NCBI GenBank assembly: GCA_049472315.1 | Contig: JBLIRN010000004.1 | Coordinates: forward strand, 17,108 to 81,107 | Length of the DNA stretch: 64,000 nucleotides | Reading direction: 5' to 3' | Source: a bacterium | GTDB lineage: Bacteria; SZUA-182; DTGQ01; JAFGSM01 | Shown: positions 9,650 through 19,145 of the stretch, piece after piece | How the letters are laid out: each line of letters starts with the position of its first letter | Position numbering within the stretch: the first letter of the stretch is position 1 | The notes under the pieces: model-generated | Told to the model about the DNA's origin: nothing | Databases searched by the model: none | The model's input: only the letters and a program-made list of their open reading frames with translations | Program-made: the position numbers and the translations under genes

Positions 9650-10921
9650 CTATTCCATTATCTCCATGTTCGCCCCAATTCCCTTCATGATACCAGCATA
9701 ATCCGGGAATGTCACACCCACTGCCTCGGCCGTGTCGATCACGGTCCGCCCCGAGGCAATCATCCCGGCAAGGCTCAAGGCCATCACCACCCGATGATCA
9801 TGGTATCCATGAACATGAGCGCCATGAAGCCCCGAATGCTCGATGACCATGCCGTCTTCCCTTTCCTCGACATGGGCACCCATCTTTTTGAGCTCATCCG
9901 TCATCACCCTGATCCGGTCCGTCTCCTTTATCCGGGCATGGGCGACATTCCTGATGACCGTCCTCCCCTGGGCATAGCATCCCAGCACGCTGATCGCAGG
10001 CAGCGCATCAGGGGTATTGTTCAAGTCCAACTCACATCCGGTCAGGTGGGATCTGTTCACCGCTATGCCCTCTTTTTCGATCCGAATATCCGCACCCATT
10101 TCTTTGAGATAGTCCAGAACGTGCTTGTCCGCCTGGGTATCCTCCATATCCAACCCCTTGATCACCAGATCCTTTCCGAGCATCACCCCTGCAACCAAAA
10201 GGAATGTGGCACTTGACCAGTCGCCGGGAATGGTTTTCTCGAAGGCCTTATAGGCTTGATTCCCGAAGATCATTATGGTTTCAAAATCATGGTTCTCATA
10301 TCGTATTCCCATCTCATCCAGCCACCTGAGGGTCATCTCGATATAGGGCTGCTCGCAGAGATTCACTATCCTGATCTCGGTGTCCCGGGAAACAAGCGGG
10401 CAGTTGATCAGCAGGCTGGAGATATACTGCGAGCTTCGGCAGTCCACTGCGACCCTCCCGCCCTTCATCCTCCCTGTAATCTCAACAGGGGGGCAACCGT
10501 TGTGATTCACGGAAACAGCCTGTGCACCCAGTGCATTCAAGGCATCGAGCAACGGCTGCACCGTTCTTTTCCGTATCGAGGCATCGCCGTCGATACGGAC
10601 TTTTCCGTCTCCAAGGGCGGCGGTTCCCATAATCAGGTTGGTGGTGGTTCCTGAATTCAGCGTATCAATCCTTGAACCTGTCTTTGGCCTTCCTGAGAAT
10701 CCCTGAATACTATATTCACCGCCCTTTTTCCCCATCCGAGCGCCCAATGCCGTGCATGCGTTGATCGCCGCCCGGGTATCGGCAGATTCAAGCGCATTGA
10801 TTAATCGTGATTCACCCTCCGCAAGGGATGCAAAGACAAACCCCCTGATGGTGTGGGACTTGCTGCTGGGCACCAGGACCTCCCCGGTGATTTCCTCCGT
10901 TCTATTAATCTGAATTCTCAT
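9650..10921 (-). CDS. aroA: 3-phosphoshikimate 1-carboxyvinyltransferase (EPSP synthase)
   Basis: PSSKSHTIR, NSGTT, SSQYISS, PGDWSSA, KETDRI, DHRVVM. Confidence 0.96.
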   Translation of the reverse strand: MRIQINRTEEITGEVLVPSSKSHTIRGFVFASLAEGESRLINALESADTRAAINACTALGARMGKKGGEYSIQGFSGRPKTGSRIDTLNSGTTTNLIMGTAALGDGKVRIDGDASIRKRTVQPLLDALNALGAQAVSVNHNGCPPVEITGRMKGGRVAVDCRSSQYISSLLINCPLVSRDTEIRIVNLCEQPYIEMTLRWLDEMGIRYENHDFETIMIFGNQAYKAFEKTIPGDWSSATFLLVAGVMLGKDLVIKGLDMEDTQADKHVLDYLKEMGADIRIEKEGIAVNRSHLTGCELDLNNTPDALPAISVLGCYAQGRTVIRNVAHARIKETDRIRVMTDELKKMGAHVEEREDGMVIEHSGLHGAHVHGYHDHRVVMALSLAGMIASGRTVIDTAEAVGVTFPDYAGIMKGIGANMEIME

Positions 10922-12384
10922 AGATCTCCCAAAACCGCCTTTTTCATCAGTTCCTTATTGCAATCCTTACCTGTCCACAATTGGAATTGCCGTGCCGCCT
11001 GATTCACGAACATCTCCACCCCTGAAACCGTCCGGCAGCCATTCTCAGCCGCCATCCTTAATAATCTGGTTTGACCGGGATTATAAACCGTATCAAAAAC
11101 AACCATATCCTTCAACACATCCGCCTCCACCGGGCTTTGCTCGATATCCGGCGACATGCCGATGGACGTGGCATTGATCAGGATCTCCACATCTTCCCAG
11201 GGCACATCCTCCACTCTTAAAAATCCACACCCCAGATCAGCGGCCAGTCCCCTTCCCTTTTCCTCGGTTCTGTTGACAATGCTCAGACTCGCTCCCCTCT
11301 TCAGGACACCATAGCCGATGGCCCGTGCCACCCCGCCGGCCCCGATCATCAGCACCTTCCTTCCATCCAGGCGGGTTTTCTCTTCCAAGGCCTCCACAGC
11401 CCCGTCAATATCCGTATTACATCCCGACAGCCTTCCACCCCTCACCACGACGGTATTCACCGCACCCACCCTGCGGGCATCCTCATCCACTTCATCAAGA
11501 TATTCCATGATCCCCTGTTTATGGGGCATGGTCACACTGAATCCGGCCAGTCGCTCCCTGAAGGCGGACACGAATCGGCCGATATCACTGACCAGGAAAT
11601 TGAGATACACGGCATTCATTCCGTGCTCCTTGAAACAGCGATTATGAAGTATATACCCCTTGCTCTTGGATACGGGATTGCCAACCAAGCCATACAGGCG
11701 AAGGCCTTTGAGCTTGAGATCCTTGACCCTGTAGATATCCCTCAGGGTAGTGCACCGGATCTGGCCGGGTGCGGATTCCCTTCCCTTCTCCATGCTGCCG
11801 AAGGTGAGGTACGAGCCATAGGCGCACGAGAGAATCCTCGATATCTCTCCCATCTCTCCCATGCATATGCCGATAAAATCCCTGCCCTCTTTCGCGGCCC
11901 TTTCAATCAGGCTGAGCATCCTCAGATTATCCGTTAAATTCGTGGGCATCACGGCTATCTTCATGATATCCGCGCCGAACCCCTTCATCTGCTCATAAAT
12001 CCCTTCAATATCCATAGGCATCTCATTGAAGTTGTGGTAGGATAGAATAATCCTTGAATCCCTTCTGCAGGCCATCACCCCCTTCACCGCCTGCCTGCCT
12101 GAACTCATCTCGATGTCCACATGATCAGCCCCGAACTCGGTGCACCTTCTCAATATCTCTACCCTTCTTTCCTCGCTTCCGGAATACCGCCCCCCTTCAT
12201 CCGCCTTCCTGCAGGTCATAATCAGGGGGGATTTTTTTCGAGAAATGATCTCCCTCAGGTCTTGGTCATTCAATTCGGATATATAGTCCAGCCTGATCTC
12301 GACGATATCCGCCGTCCGGGCGGCCGCATCCATCTGTCTCCTTACATCACCGATATCTTCCGCAATGACCGGACAGCATATCAC
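10918..12384 (-). CDS. aroDE: Bifunctional type I 3-dehydroquinate dehydratase / shikimate dehydrogenase
   Basis: N-half: EIRLDY, SYHNF, MKIAV, APGQ (type I DHQase). C-half: VTMPHK, GAVNTV, NTD, GAGGVAR, NATSIGM, DTVYNP (AroE). GTG start. Confidence 0.93.
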   Translation of the reverse strand: MICCPVIAEDIGDVRRQMDAAARTADIVEIRLDYISELNDQDLREIISRKKSPLIMTCRKADEGGRYSGSEERRVEILRRCTEFGADHVDIEMSSGRQAVKGVMACRRDSRIILSYHNFNEMPMDIEGIYEQMKGFGADIMKIAVMPTNLTDNLRMLSLIERAAKEGRDFIGICMGEMGEISRILSCAYGSYLTFGSMEKGRESAPGQIRCTTLRDIYRVKDLKLKGLRLYGLVGNPVSKSKGYILHNRCFKEHGMNAVYLNFLVSDIGRFVSAFRERLAGFSVTMPHKQGIMEYLDEVDEDARRVGAVNTVVVRGGRLSGCNTDIDGAVEALEEKTRLDGRKVLMIGAGGVARAIGYGVLKRGASLSIVNRTEEKGRGLAADLGCGFLRVEDVPWEDVEILINATSIGMSPDIEQSPVEADVLKDMVVFDTVYNPGQTRLLRMAAENGCRTVSGVEMFVNQAARQFQLWTGKDCNKELMKKAVLGDL

Positions 12385-13126
12385 GGCATATCACCCGGTG
12401 CCCTTCTCATGATCCCACTTCTCACTTTCATGTCAATGGCCATATACGCCATCCTTCCATGCAGAATATGACTGACGTTATCAAACGATTAACATAATTC
12501 AATTATAAATTATTTTCTTATGCCCTTTTTGGAAGGAATAAAATCATTATATACAATGTATAATAATATCCTCATCTTACTTGAAGATCAAGCACTTTAA
12601 TCTCATTCCACTCCTAACGTCTCTATCAAAGTCCATCAGTTTGATGGCATATTCAACCATCCGGAGGCAGCCGGGATATGACTCGGACAGGATTTCAACG
12701 TCCATACCGAACAATCAGGTATAAGGATTGCCCCTCTTTTTTCTCTGACGATCTGCTGGATACCGCATATAGAGCAGCAAGAAGAATTTCCCTCGACAAC
12801 ACACTATCAATCCGGTTATTGTGCAAGGGTATCAAATGTTGTTCCAATCTGAGGATTTCGCTTCAAGGATTTCATGCTTGTCTTACAGTAAATGGTAGAA
12901 AAAACAGTCATATATTGCCCTTACTCCCCTTAAAAAAAACGCATTTCTATCAATGCATGACTGATCACTGGAGGCACTTGTACAGACGTATGATGAGCGG
13001 TGTTACAGGCAATATGAATTCTGAAGGCTGGTTATTACTAGAGTAATCGAGGGATACTATTTTTGTCTTGCCGGCGATACAGAGGCGCCATTGTCAGTTG
13101 GGCCGTTCTATTATGCAATCCGTATC

Positions 13127-13657
13127 TTAAGGGGCATATATCGTCGATACTACTGCAAGAGCAGAGGCAACATCCGGGTTCCCCGTATTTATGAGCAAGT
13201 TTAACAATAATGGATCATTCAGTAATAGGGGATTTAATGCGATCAATCCCAAAACGGCATCGACTTGAGGGTTCCCCGTATTAATTAGAAAATCCGCCAC
13301 TGCAGGTGCAATAAATGAGGTGGGAAACACCGGAGTAATCGCGGGCGGAAACACCGAAACAATCGGAGACGGAAACAGAGGGAAAAGTAATCCGGATGCC
13401 GCGGCAGTCGGAGCGATAGTTGTGGTCGGAGCAGTGAGTACTGGGGATAAAGCAAGCGTCGGATCAATATATGTGGGATAATAAAAGGGTAACAATGCAG
13501 GAAAATACGAGTAAAATGAGAGGTATGGCGAAAAATATTTTGAATAATACAGTGGAGCGAGCGCATTCGCAGGGAAATCGGATATAAACAGGAAAAGAAC
13601 TATCACTAAGACCCAGAGAAGCACCCTCTTGTTTCTGTTTATTTTTTGTGTCTTCAT
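13127..13657 (-). CDS. Secreted low-complexity (Tyr/Pro/Ala/Leu-rich) hypothetical protein
   Basis: SD GGAGGTGA; basic n-region, hydrophobic h-region, A-N-A cleavage-like site; C-terminal LINTGNP(Q/D)V repeated twice. Confidence 0.8.
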   Translation of the reverse strand: MKTQKINRNKRVLLWVLVIVLFLFISDFPANALAPLYYSKYFSPYLSFYSYFPALLPFYYPTYIDPTLALSPVLTAPTTTIAPTAAASGLLFPLFPSPIVSVFPPAITPVFPTSFIAPAVADFLINTGNPQVDAVLGLIALNPLLLNDPLLLNLLINTGNPDVASALAVVSTIYAP

Positions 13658-14069
13658 GGCCTATCACCTCCAGTGGACAGAATTTAATTGTATGAAGAGT
13701 GGAAAATGTATTAAAAGATTAAAAGATAAATGGTTCTACGAATTGCAACAAAGAATAATGATGCATAAATTATGCGGGAGGACCTTTTCGAAATAATCTT
13801 GATTATAAATCAGTTGGATACTGTTAACTATATTATTTTGTCTATTAGTTATTTATGCAAATTAAATAATATAAATTGTAAACAGTTTCATACTGAACTG
13901 TTCCAACACATATCGTCTTTATCCGCTTTATCTTAATAATAGGGAAAAATAAGTGCGGAATGCTATTCCCCTAAAATTTCATCTTCCGTGCTCATCGGAA
14001 GTCCAAGGAAAAAACGATCCTTGATTTTATGAGTCGGATCCATAAATAATGAAGAGTCAAACCCTATCA

Positions 14070-14224
14070 CACGCCAAAAGGCATCCCACTTAGGAAGGCG
14101 TGGACATGTGGAAGGCCGAATATGCGGAAAGGACAGGGATTTCGGTCACATAGTCGAACATCCCTGGTTGTGCGCCAGACAAGTCCAGTATAGGCTTTGG
14201 GGTGAAGCCGCTTCTTATGCCTTT
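14070..14224. ncRNA. Candidate structured non-coding RNA of unknown family
   Basis: Several nested complementary pairs (CAGGGAT/ATCCCTG, TGGAC/GTCCA, GGCTT/AAGCC, AAAGGCAT/ATGCCTTT, CACGCC/GGCGTG) in a GC-richer patch of AT-rich intergenic DNA; no recognised riboswitch consensus. Confidence 0.3.
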
Positions 14225-14394
14225 ACCCTGCTATGCTTTAATCGTCGCAGTTTATGATATTCCTTTACGAATACCTGCCATACCTCGCCGAGGAACTTTG
14301 TTCCGCCGAAGATCATCGCCGGCATGAGCATGATGGTGACCATCACCGACAGCACGAAAAGCAGAAACATTTTTACGAGCAGAATGAGTTTCAT
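14215..14394 (-). CDS. Small membrane protein, 59 aa (missed by the ORF track)
   Basis: MKLILLVKMFLLFVLSVMVTIMLMPAMIFGGTKFLGEVWQVFVKEYHKLRRLKHSRVKA*; SD GGGGAG 3 nt upstream; hydrophobic N-half, basic tail. Confidence 0.6.
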   Translation of the reverse strand: MKLILLVKMFLLFVLSVMVTIMLMPAMIFGGTKFLGEVWQVFVKEYHKLRRLKHSRVKA

Positions 14395-14571
14395 ATGCTC
14401 CCCCTAAAAGAAATTAAGGATATACTCCCCTGCCATGTTGAATATCGATACCTGTCATAACGATCATGGTCACTGTCATACGGTATATCCAACACCGAGT
14501 AGGGGGAAAACCCCCTATTGCCCATTTTTGGGGCCATACAACCCGGTGAGCATAATGCATTTTTATATATG

Positions 14572-14588
14572 AGCAATTTACATGCCAG
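14572..14588 (-). promoter_or_regulatory. sigma54 (-24/-12) promoter
   Basis: Minus strand CTGGCATGTAAATTGCT: GG-N10-GC spacing with TGGCA and TTGC cores. Confidence 0.6.
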
Positions 14589-14854
14589 AATCATCCTGCC
14601 CGCCAATTTATCTTATTATCGGAATTTTAAGGCAAAACCCATTATGTATCGATCATGCATCCATATTCGTGAGAATGATCCATGTTCATATCCTTACTCG
14701 GAGAGTCAAATATTGCACACTGCGGGCCATTCCGGCATAATCCGGTTTGGCTCGGTGGGTGGTCTACAGGGATTTATAGGATTTCGCTGAGCCGAGCATA
14801 TGAGGGAACAGGGTGTGGAGGGATTATTCGTTCTTCGCTAAGCCGAAGAGGGCA

Positions 14855-15232
14855 TCAATGCGGTTGATCGAATCCGCTATGGGTCTGGGATTCCTCATCG
14901 GGAGAGGCGCCTTCCTCTTCCCTTTCCTGACACGGGACATTGATGGTCTGAACCGATTGTGAAGAAAAGAGCGGGTGACCACAGTAGGGACAGTAACGGG
15001 CCCCGGGGATCTCACGGAACGACCTCCGGCATGCCTGACACGTGTGCACATTTTTTTGTTGTGACGTCTGCCATCGAATAAAAAGCCAGAGGGGAAGGAA
15101 TATGATCATGGCCATAAACGTTCCGAATGCCCATAGGAGCGCCTGACCTTCGGAACGTCCCTTATCCCTGGCATCGATGAATACCCAAAATGCCGCCAAG
15201 GCCGGTATGAGTATAGCGAGCAAAAGATGCAT
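14855..15232 (-). CDS. Membrane protein with C-terminal zinc ribbon
   Basis: Two TM segments, then CQAC...CPYCG. Confidence 0.8.
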   Translation of the reverse strand: MHLLLAILIPALAAFWVFIDARDKGRSEGQALLWAFGTFMAMIIFLPLWLFIRWQTSQQKNVHTCQACRRSFREIPGARYCPYCGHPLFSSQSVQTINVPCQEREEEGASPDEESQTHSGFDQPH

Positions 15233-15459
15233 GGAAAACCCTCAGCCGTTCATATGATTATGTTTAGGCAGTATCATCATAGTCTATTGCCGGTGCGATG
15301 TAAAGCCCTGCAAGAGCCTGTGACCGGTTTCACCAACTTCCAACACCAGGGGAAACGACGACCGGATGGCATCCTCCCCTTTTCATATCTCATTCTATGC
15401 CCTTTTCACAGGGTAAAGGGCAGCAATCCCCGGAAAGGACAGGGCTCTTACATTGGCTA

Positions 15460-17034
15460 TCAAAAACCATAGGGATACAAGCCGAGCATGAAGAAGGGAG
15501 AAATTATGGGGAATGAAAGGGCCCCCAGAGAAAAGAAGGGCATGGATGAGGATGTAAAAAGGGGATTGGGTGAGATGAGGAATTGTTGCGAGGGATATCC
15601 CATAGAAAGTGGAAAATATCCCTGCTGTATTCCTTCAATGCCCTCATAGGAGAATGCCGGCACATTCGCTGCAAGATTATAATCGGATACCAGCTTTTCA
15701 CCATATCCGATGAAGGTTGACTGTGCGCCGCGAGGGGTATACGTGCTCAATGCGATCCCTTGCGTCAAGGGCCATTGCTGGGAAACCGATCCGGTTATGT
15801 CATAGGCCGTTGTTGGGTAATTCACGGACGTAGCCGGGCTCGTGCCGCCGACTCCCCATGGGTATGACCATACAGCCCCGTGGATGGTGGGCATTATAGG
15901 ATAGGGAGTAAACCCTATCCCAAACACCGGGAACGTGCCAAACCCAGTGGCAGTCAGCGCCATCGGGAAATAGCTGCCCGTGGATGTGCTGCCTGACGAC
16001 GGCACATATCGTCTTCCCGGTTGGATGGTCACGACACAATCGGTCGCCTCATCCCAATCGACGTATACATCCCGGGGGGCGGAACTCCGGGTGTCGTGAT
16101 TGATGGTCCAACGGTTGGTGGAGGTGTTCAAATATCCTACCGTCACCATCCAATGGTCGCCCCATATGGAATGGCCTGATACGCCATACAGCAACGGCCT
16201 TTTGTGGACGATTTCATCCATTACAATCCCAAAATCGGGAGGCTGAAGAATCGCCCTGAATTCATACTCATTGTCGTACATGGGCGTATTACAGACCCGC
16301 TCGATCCCTATGGGTATATATTCATCGTTGACCCCTCCACGGGCCTCGCCAAGGGAGGGATACCCCATTGCCTGCTGGAGTTCCTCCACGAGTTGCGAAA
16401 CGTCCTCGATGTCCCCGGGGTCGTCGTCCACCAAAAGGGGATATCCACGGGCATCCCAGTACCCCAGCACGCAGGCGGCGGCAACAGGACCACAATTTCC
16501 GGGATCCCCATAATCTTCCTGCCAATAATCCGGTACCCCCGGGATGATCATCTGTCCATCCTCAAGGTCAGGACTTGTGATCTGAATGCTGTAAAGCTCA
16601 TAAGGACCGTATTGGTTGTACCCATTGTAATTTTCTGCCTTGATAAAATAATCACCGTCCGCAGGGCACACCCACTCGATAAGGGAACTGCCGTCCCTCC
16701 AGAAGTCATCGTTACAGGCAAGAGACCCCTCAAATCCCTCGTCGTAGAGCCACACAATCGTATCCACAGGAGGGTATCCGGTCTTCTTTGAACGGGTAAA
16801 GATCTGGTAGCTGAGACCCTCCTCCGCAAAAAATGTAAACCACTGTGTCTCATCGGGAAACGAAAAGGAATATATCGCCGAGTTCCCATTCGGGGTGAGC
16901 GATACGGCGTTTGAAGGCTTGTCATCCTTTTTCTGTGCACGCACATGTGAGGGTCCCGCCAGCATAATGGCCGCCATACCCGCCAGGATCAATGTAATCA
17001 CTCTATTGAAGCGTGATCCGCAGATCATCGTCAC
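15460..17034 (-). CDS. Secreted papain-like (C39/C10-like) cysteine peptidase with PPC-like domain and low-complexity tail
   Basis: Signal peptide (VRA|Q); PPC-like DTIVWLYD...ACNDD...SLIEW...GDYFIKAE; catalytic-type NCGPVAAAC and GDHWMVTVGY, then NHDT; Pro/Gly/Tyr/Phe-rich C-terminal ~180 aa. Confidence 0.72.
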   Translation of the reverse strand: MTMICGSRFNRVITLILAGMAAIMLAGPSHVRAQKKDDKPSNAVSLTPNGNSAIYSFSFPDETQWFTFFAEEGLSYQIFTRSKKTGYPPVDTIVWLYDEGFEGSLACNDDFWRDGSSLIEWVCPADGDYFIKAENYNGYNQYGPYELYSIQITSPDLEDGQMIIPGVPDYWQEDYGDPGNCGPVAAACVLGYWDARGYPLLVDDDPGDIEDVSQLVEELQQAMGYPSLGEARGGVNDEYIPIGIERVCNTPMYDNEYEFRAILQPPDFGIVMDEIVHKRPLLYGVSGHSIWGDHWMVTVGYLNTSTNRWTINHDTRSSAPRDVYVDWDEATDCVVTIQPGRRYVPSSGSTSTGSYFPMALTATGFGTFPVFGIGFTPYPIMPTIHGAVWSYPWGVGGTSPATSVNYPTTAYDITGSVSQQWPLTQGIALSTYTPRGAQSTFIGYGEKLVSDYNLAANVPAFSYEGIEGIQQGYFPLSMGYPSQQFLISPNPLFTSSSMPFFSLGALSFPIISPFFMLGLYPYGF

Positions 17035-18226
17035 ACTCTTTCATCAGGGGGGGATACGAATCCTCCCATGCCCTTCCCTCTTCATGTACTGTCTCCGGGA
17101 TGAGTTCAGACACCCTTTTGAAAGGGAAACTGATTCGAATGACGTTTCCTTGGGCACCGCATTCCTCGACCATCATGCATCCTCCCATGGATACAATCAT
17201 CCGGTAGGTGACATAGAGATCCAATCCGACCCCATCCCGTATGCGGGAAAAAAATTTCCCCACCAGTTCCCTGAATGCCTCCCTGGACATCCCGGGCCCC
17301 TCATCCGCATAATCAATGCTGACCGCGTTGGTATCATTATGCAGCGTGCACGACATGGTAATGGTCCCCGATCCGTTCATTGCATTGTAGGAATGGCGAA
17401 ACAGACGCATGAAGACCTGTTCGAACCGCATCGGGTCCCCCAGCATTTCCGGTATATCCGCGGGGATATCGGTCATCACATGGATGGATGAAAAATCCAT
17501 CGTATGCTTCAGCAGAAAGAGCGAACGCTCAATCACCCGGTCAAGCCGGATGCGTTCCCGATGTTCCTCAAGTGCACGGGTGTACGCCGCCATTTGATCG
17601 ATCGCCTTCACAAGCTGTTGACATTGATTCAGTATCTCTGCAAAGGAATCCCGTGCCTTTGCCAGGTGTACTGCGTCATCCCCCATCTTTGCCAGGTTCA
17701 TTTCCGCATGCAGGCTGATGACGGTAATGGGATTCCTGATCTCATGGGCGAATACGTTCGTCAGTTCCCCTATGTTCAGGAAACCTTCCATGCCGCACCT
17801 GTCTTTGAGCAAACGCACCTGTTCCCTTTCAAGAATATGATGTTCGATCGCCCTCCTCATCTTCAGCTTCAGACGATCATACGGATAGGGGTGCATGATG
17901 TACGCGTAGATATTCCTGCGGTCTATGTCCTCAGCCAGGGTCATGGCATCGTCTGCATGAAGGAGAATAATGCTTATGATATGCGGATGCTCTTTGCGAA
18001 GCGTATCGAGAAATCCGGGGGCACATAGATGCCGCCCGACCACTATAACCGCCAGGCGAGGGGTACGGCTCACAAAGGTACGTGCCTCATCGTGAGAATG
18101 GGCAATAAGAACGGAAAAGGATGTCCCGAGCCTCTTCCTGTATAGGGAAAGTTCCCCCTCGCGATCGTCGACAAAGAGAATGGGAAAATCCCGGTAATTA
18201 ATCTCTCCCCCCACCGGCTGATCCAT
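17003..18226 (-). CDS. Hybrid receiver-histidine kinase with degenerate receiver and ATP-binding motifs
   Basis: ILFVDD receiver start; H-box FAHEIRNPI; DEGPG and GVGLDL G-boxes. Confidence 0.85.
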   Translation of the reverse strand: MDQPVGGEINYRDFPILFVDDREGELSLYRKRLGTSFSVLIAHSHDEARTFVSRTPRLAVIVVGRHLCAPGFLDTLRKEHPHIISIILLHADDAMTLAEDIDRRNIYAYIMHPYPYDRLKLKMRRAIEHHILEREQVRLLKDRCGMEGFLNIGELTNVFAHEIRNPITVISLHAEMNLAKMGDDAVHLAKARDSFAEILNQCQQLVKAIDQMAAYTRALEEHRERIRLDRVIERSLFLLKHTMDFSSIHVMTDIPADIPEMLGDPMRFEQVFMRLFRHSYNAMNGSGTITMSCTLHNDTNAVSIDYADEGPGMSREAFRELVGKFFSRIRDGVGLDLYVTYRMIVSMGGCMMVEECGAQGNVIRISFPFKRVSELIPETVHEEGRAWEDSYPPLMKECDDDLRITLQ

Positions 18227-18893
18227 CTCTATCTCCGCTTAGACCTTGCACAAACTCCCATTTCTTCCGTATCCTCTCGTTTCGTTCAGTCTCATGCACG
18301 CCGCTTCGTGCCCGCAGGCCACTATAACAAAGCCGCCTCGCCGCTTCTTGATCCATAATGGCCATGTCTGATGTCCTCACGAACAGACGTTCTCCACGGT
18401 TCGGTGAATGCATCTCTATCCAGAGTTCCAACGGCGCCGGATAGACATGTCCTGCCACCTCCCAATCCCCCGCGGCAGTCAGCTCCTCGATCAGTTTCAT
18501 GATCCTCGTGATGTTGAGAATATAATCCGGCCATCCGCGGTGCATTTGAATGACCGGCACATGAGAGGTATTCGCCCCTGCCACCACGGTCACTATCCCC
18601 TCCCCCTTACTGTATCCCCGATACAAGGAAAGTGGGTCCTTCCAATTTGCATTGTTCAGCAACGGGGACTCGGGCTCACCCAACAAAAACATAAAGGCCT
18701 GCGGCTGCCGGTCGCAATCCACCAGTACCTCGGTGTGGAGATGCACGAGCCTTCCGAATGCCTCTTGAGCATAATGGAGCGCACCGAGCAGGGCGGTCCT
18801 CTCGTCTACTTCCTGGGATAACCCTGCGTAGGGGACACTGAGAATAAGGATGCTCAGAACGGGGATTGATATGAATCGTGTAACGATCCTCAC
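18198..18893 (-). CDS. Exported hypothetical protein, possible peptidase propeptide/inhibitor-like domain
   Basis: Signal-peptide-like N-terminus; stop overlaps the kinase gene; GTG start. Confidence 0.6.
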   Translation of the reverse strand: MRIVTRFISIPVLSILILSVPYAGLSQEVDERTALLGALHYAQEAFGRLVHLHTEVLVDCDRQPQAFMFLLGEPESPLLNNANWKDPLSLYRGYSKGEGIVTVVAGANTSHVPVIQMHRGWPDYILNITRIMKLIEELTAAGDWEVAGHVYPAPLELWIEMHSPNRGERLFVRTSDMAIMDQEAARRLCYSGLRARSGVHETERNERIRKKWEFVQGLSGDRDGSAGGGRD

Positions 18894-19145
18894 AGTGCTG
18901 TCCTCTCGTTAAGGATGTATAGTCTTATAGAAAGGACGGATTCCGGTGAGAATCCCTTATTCGACGGCACAGGGAAGGATGAAGCGGTGGGGACTTTTAC
19001 AGGATTTTTATGACCTCGTATGAAACATTTTCCCATGTGGGCGCGGAAAATGAAGTGACACACGATTAATGAAACATCCTCTCGGTACCGCCTGCTTTAT
19101 TATGTCTTTTTACAGGAGCGACACCTTTTCCGGGTGGAACGGACC

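Noticed and set aside
12428-12460. Possible Trp-containing leader peptide MEGWRIWPLT upstream of aroDE (minus strand)
   Set aside because: No SD and no terminator/antiterminator hairpins seen; Trp codons not adjacent.
12678-13046. 122-aa plus-strand ORF and short minus-strand ORFs in the AT-rich gap
   Set aside because: No SD, no recognisable motif, no consistent frame; could not support a gene or pseudogene.
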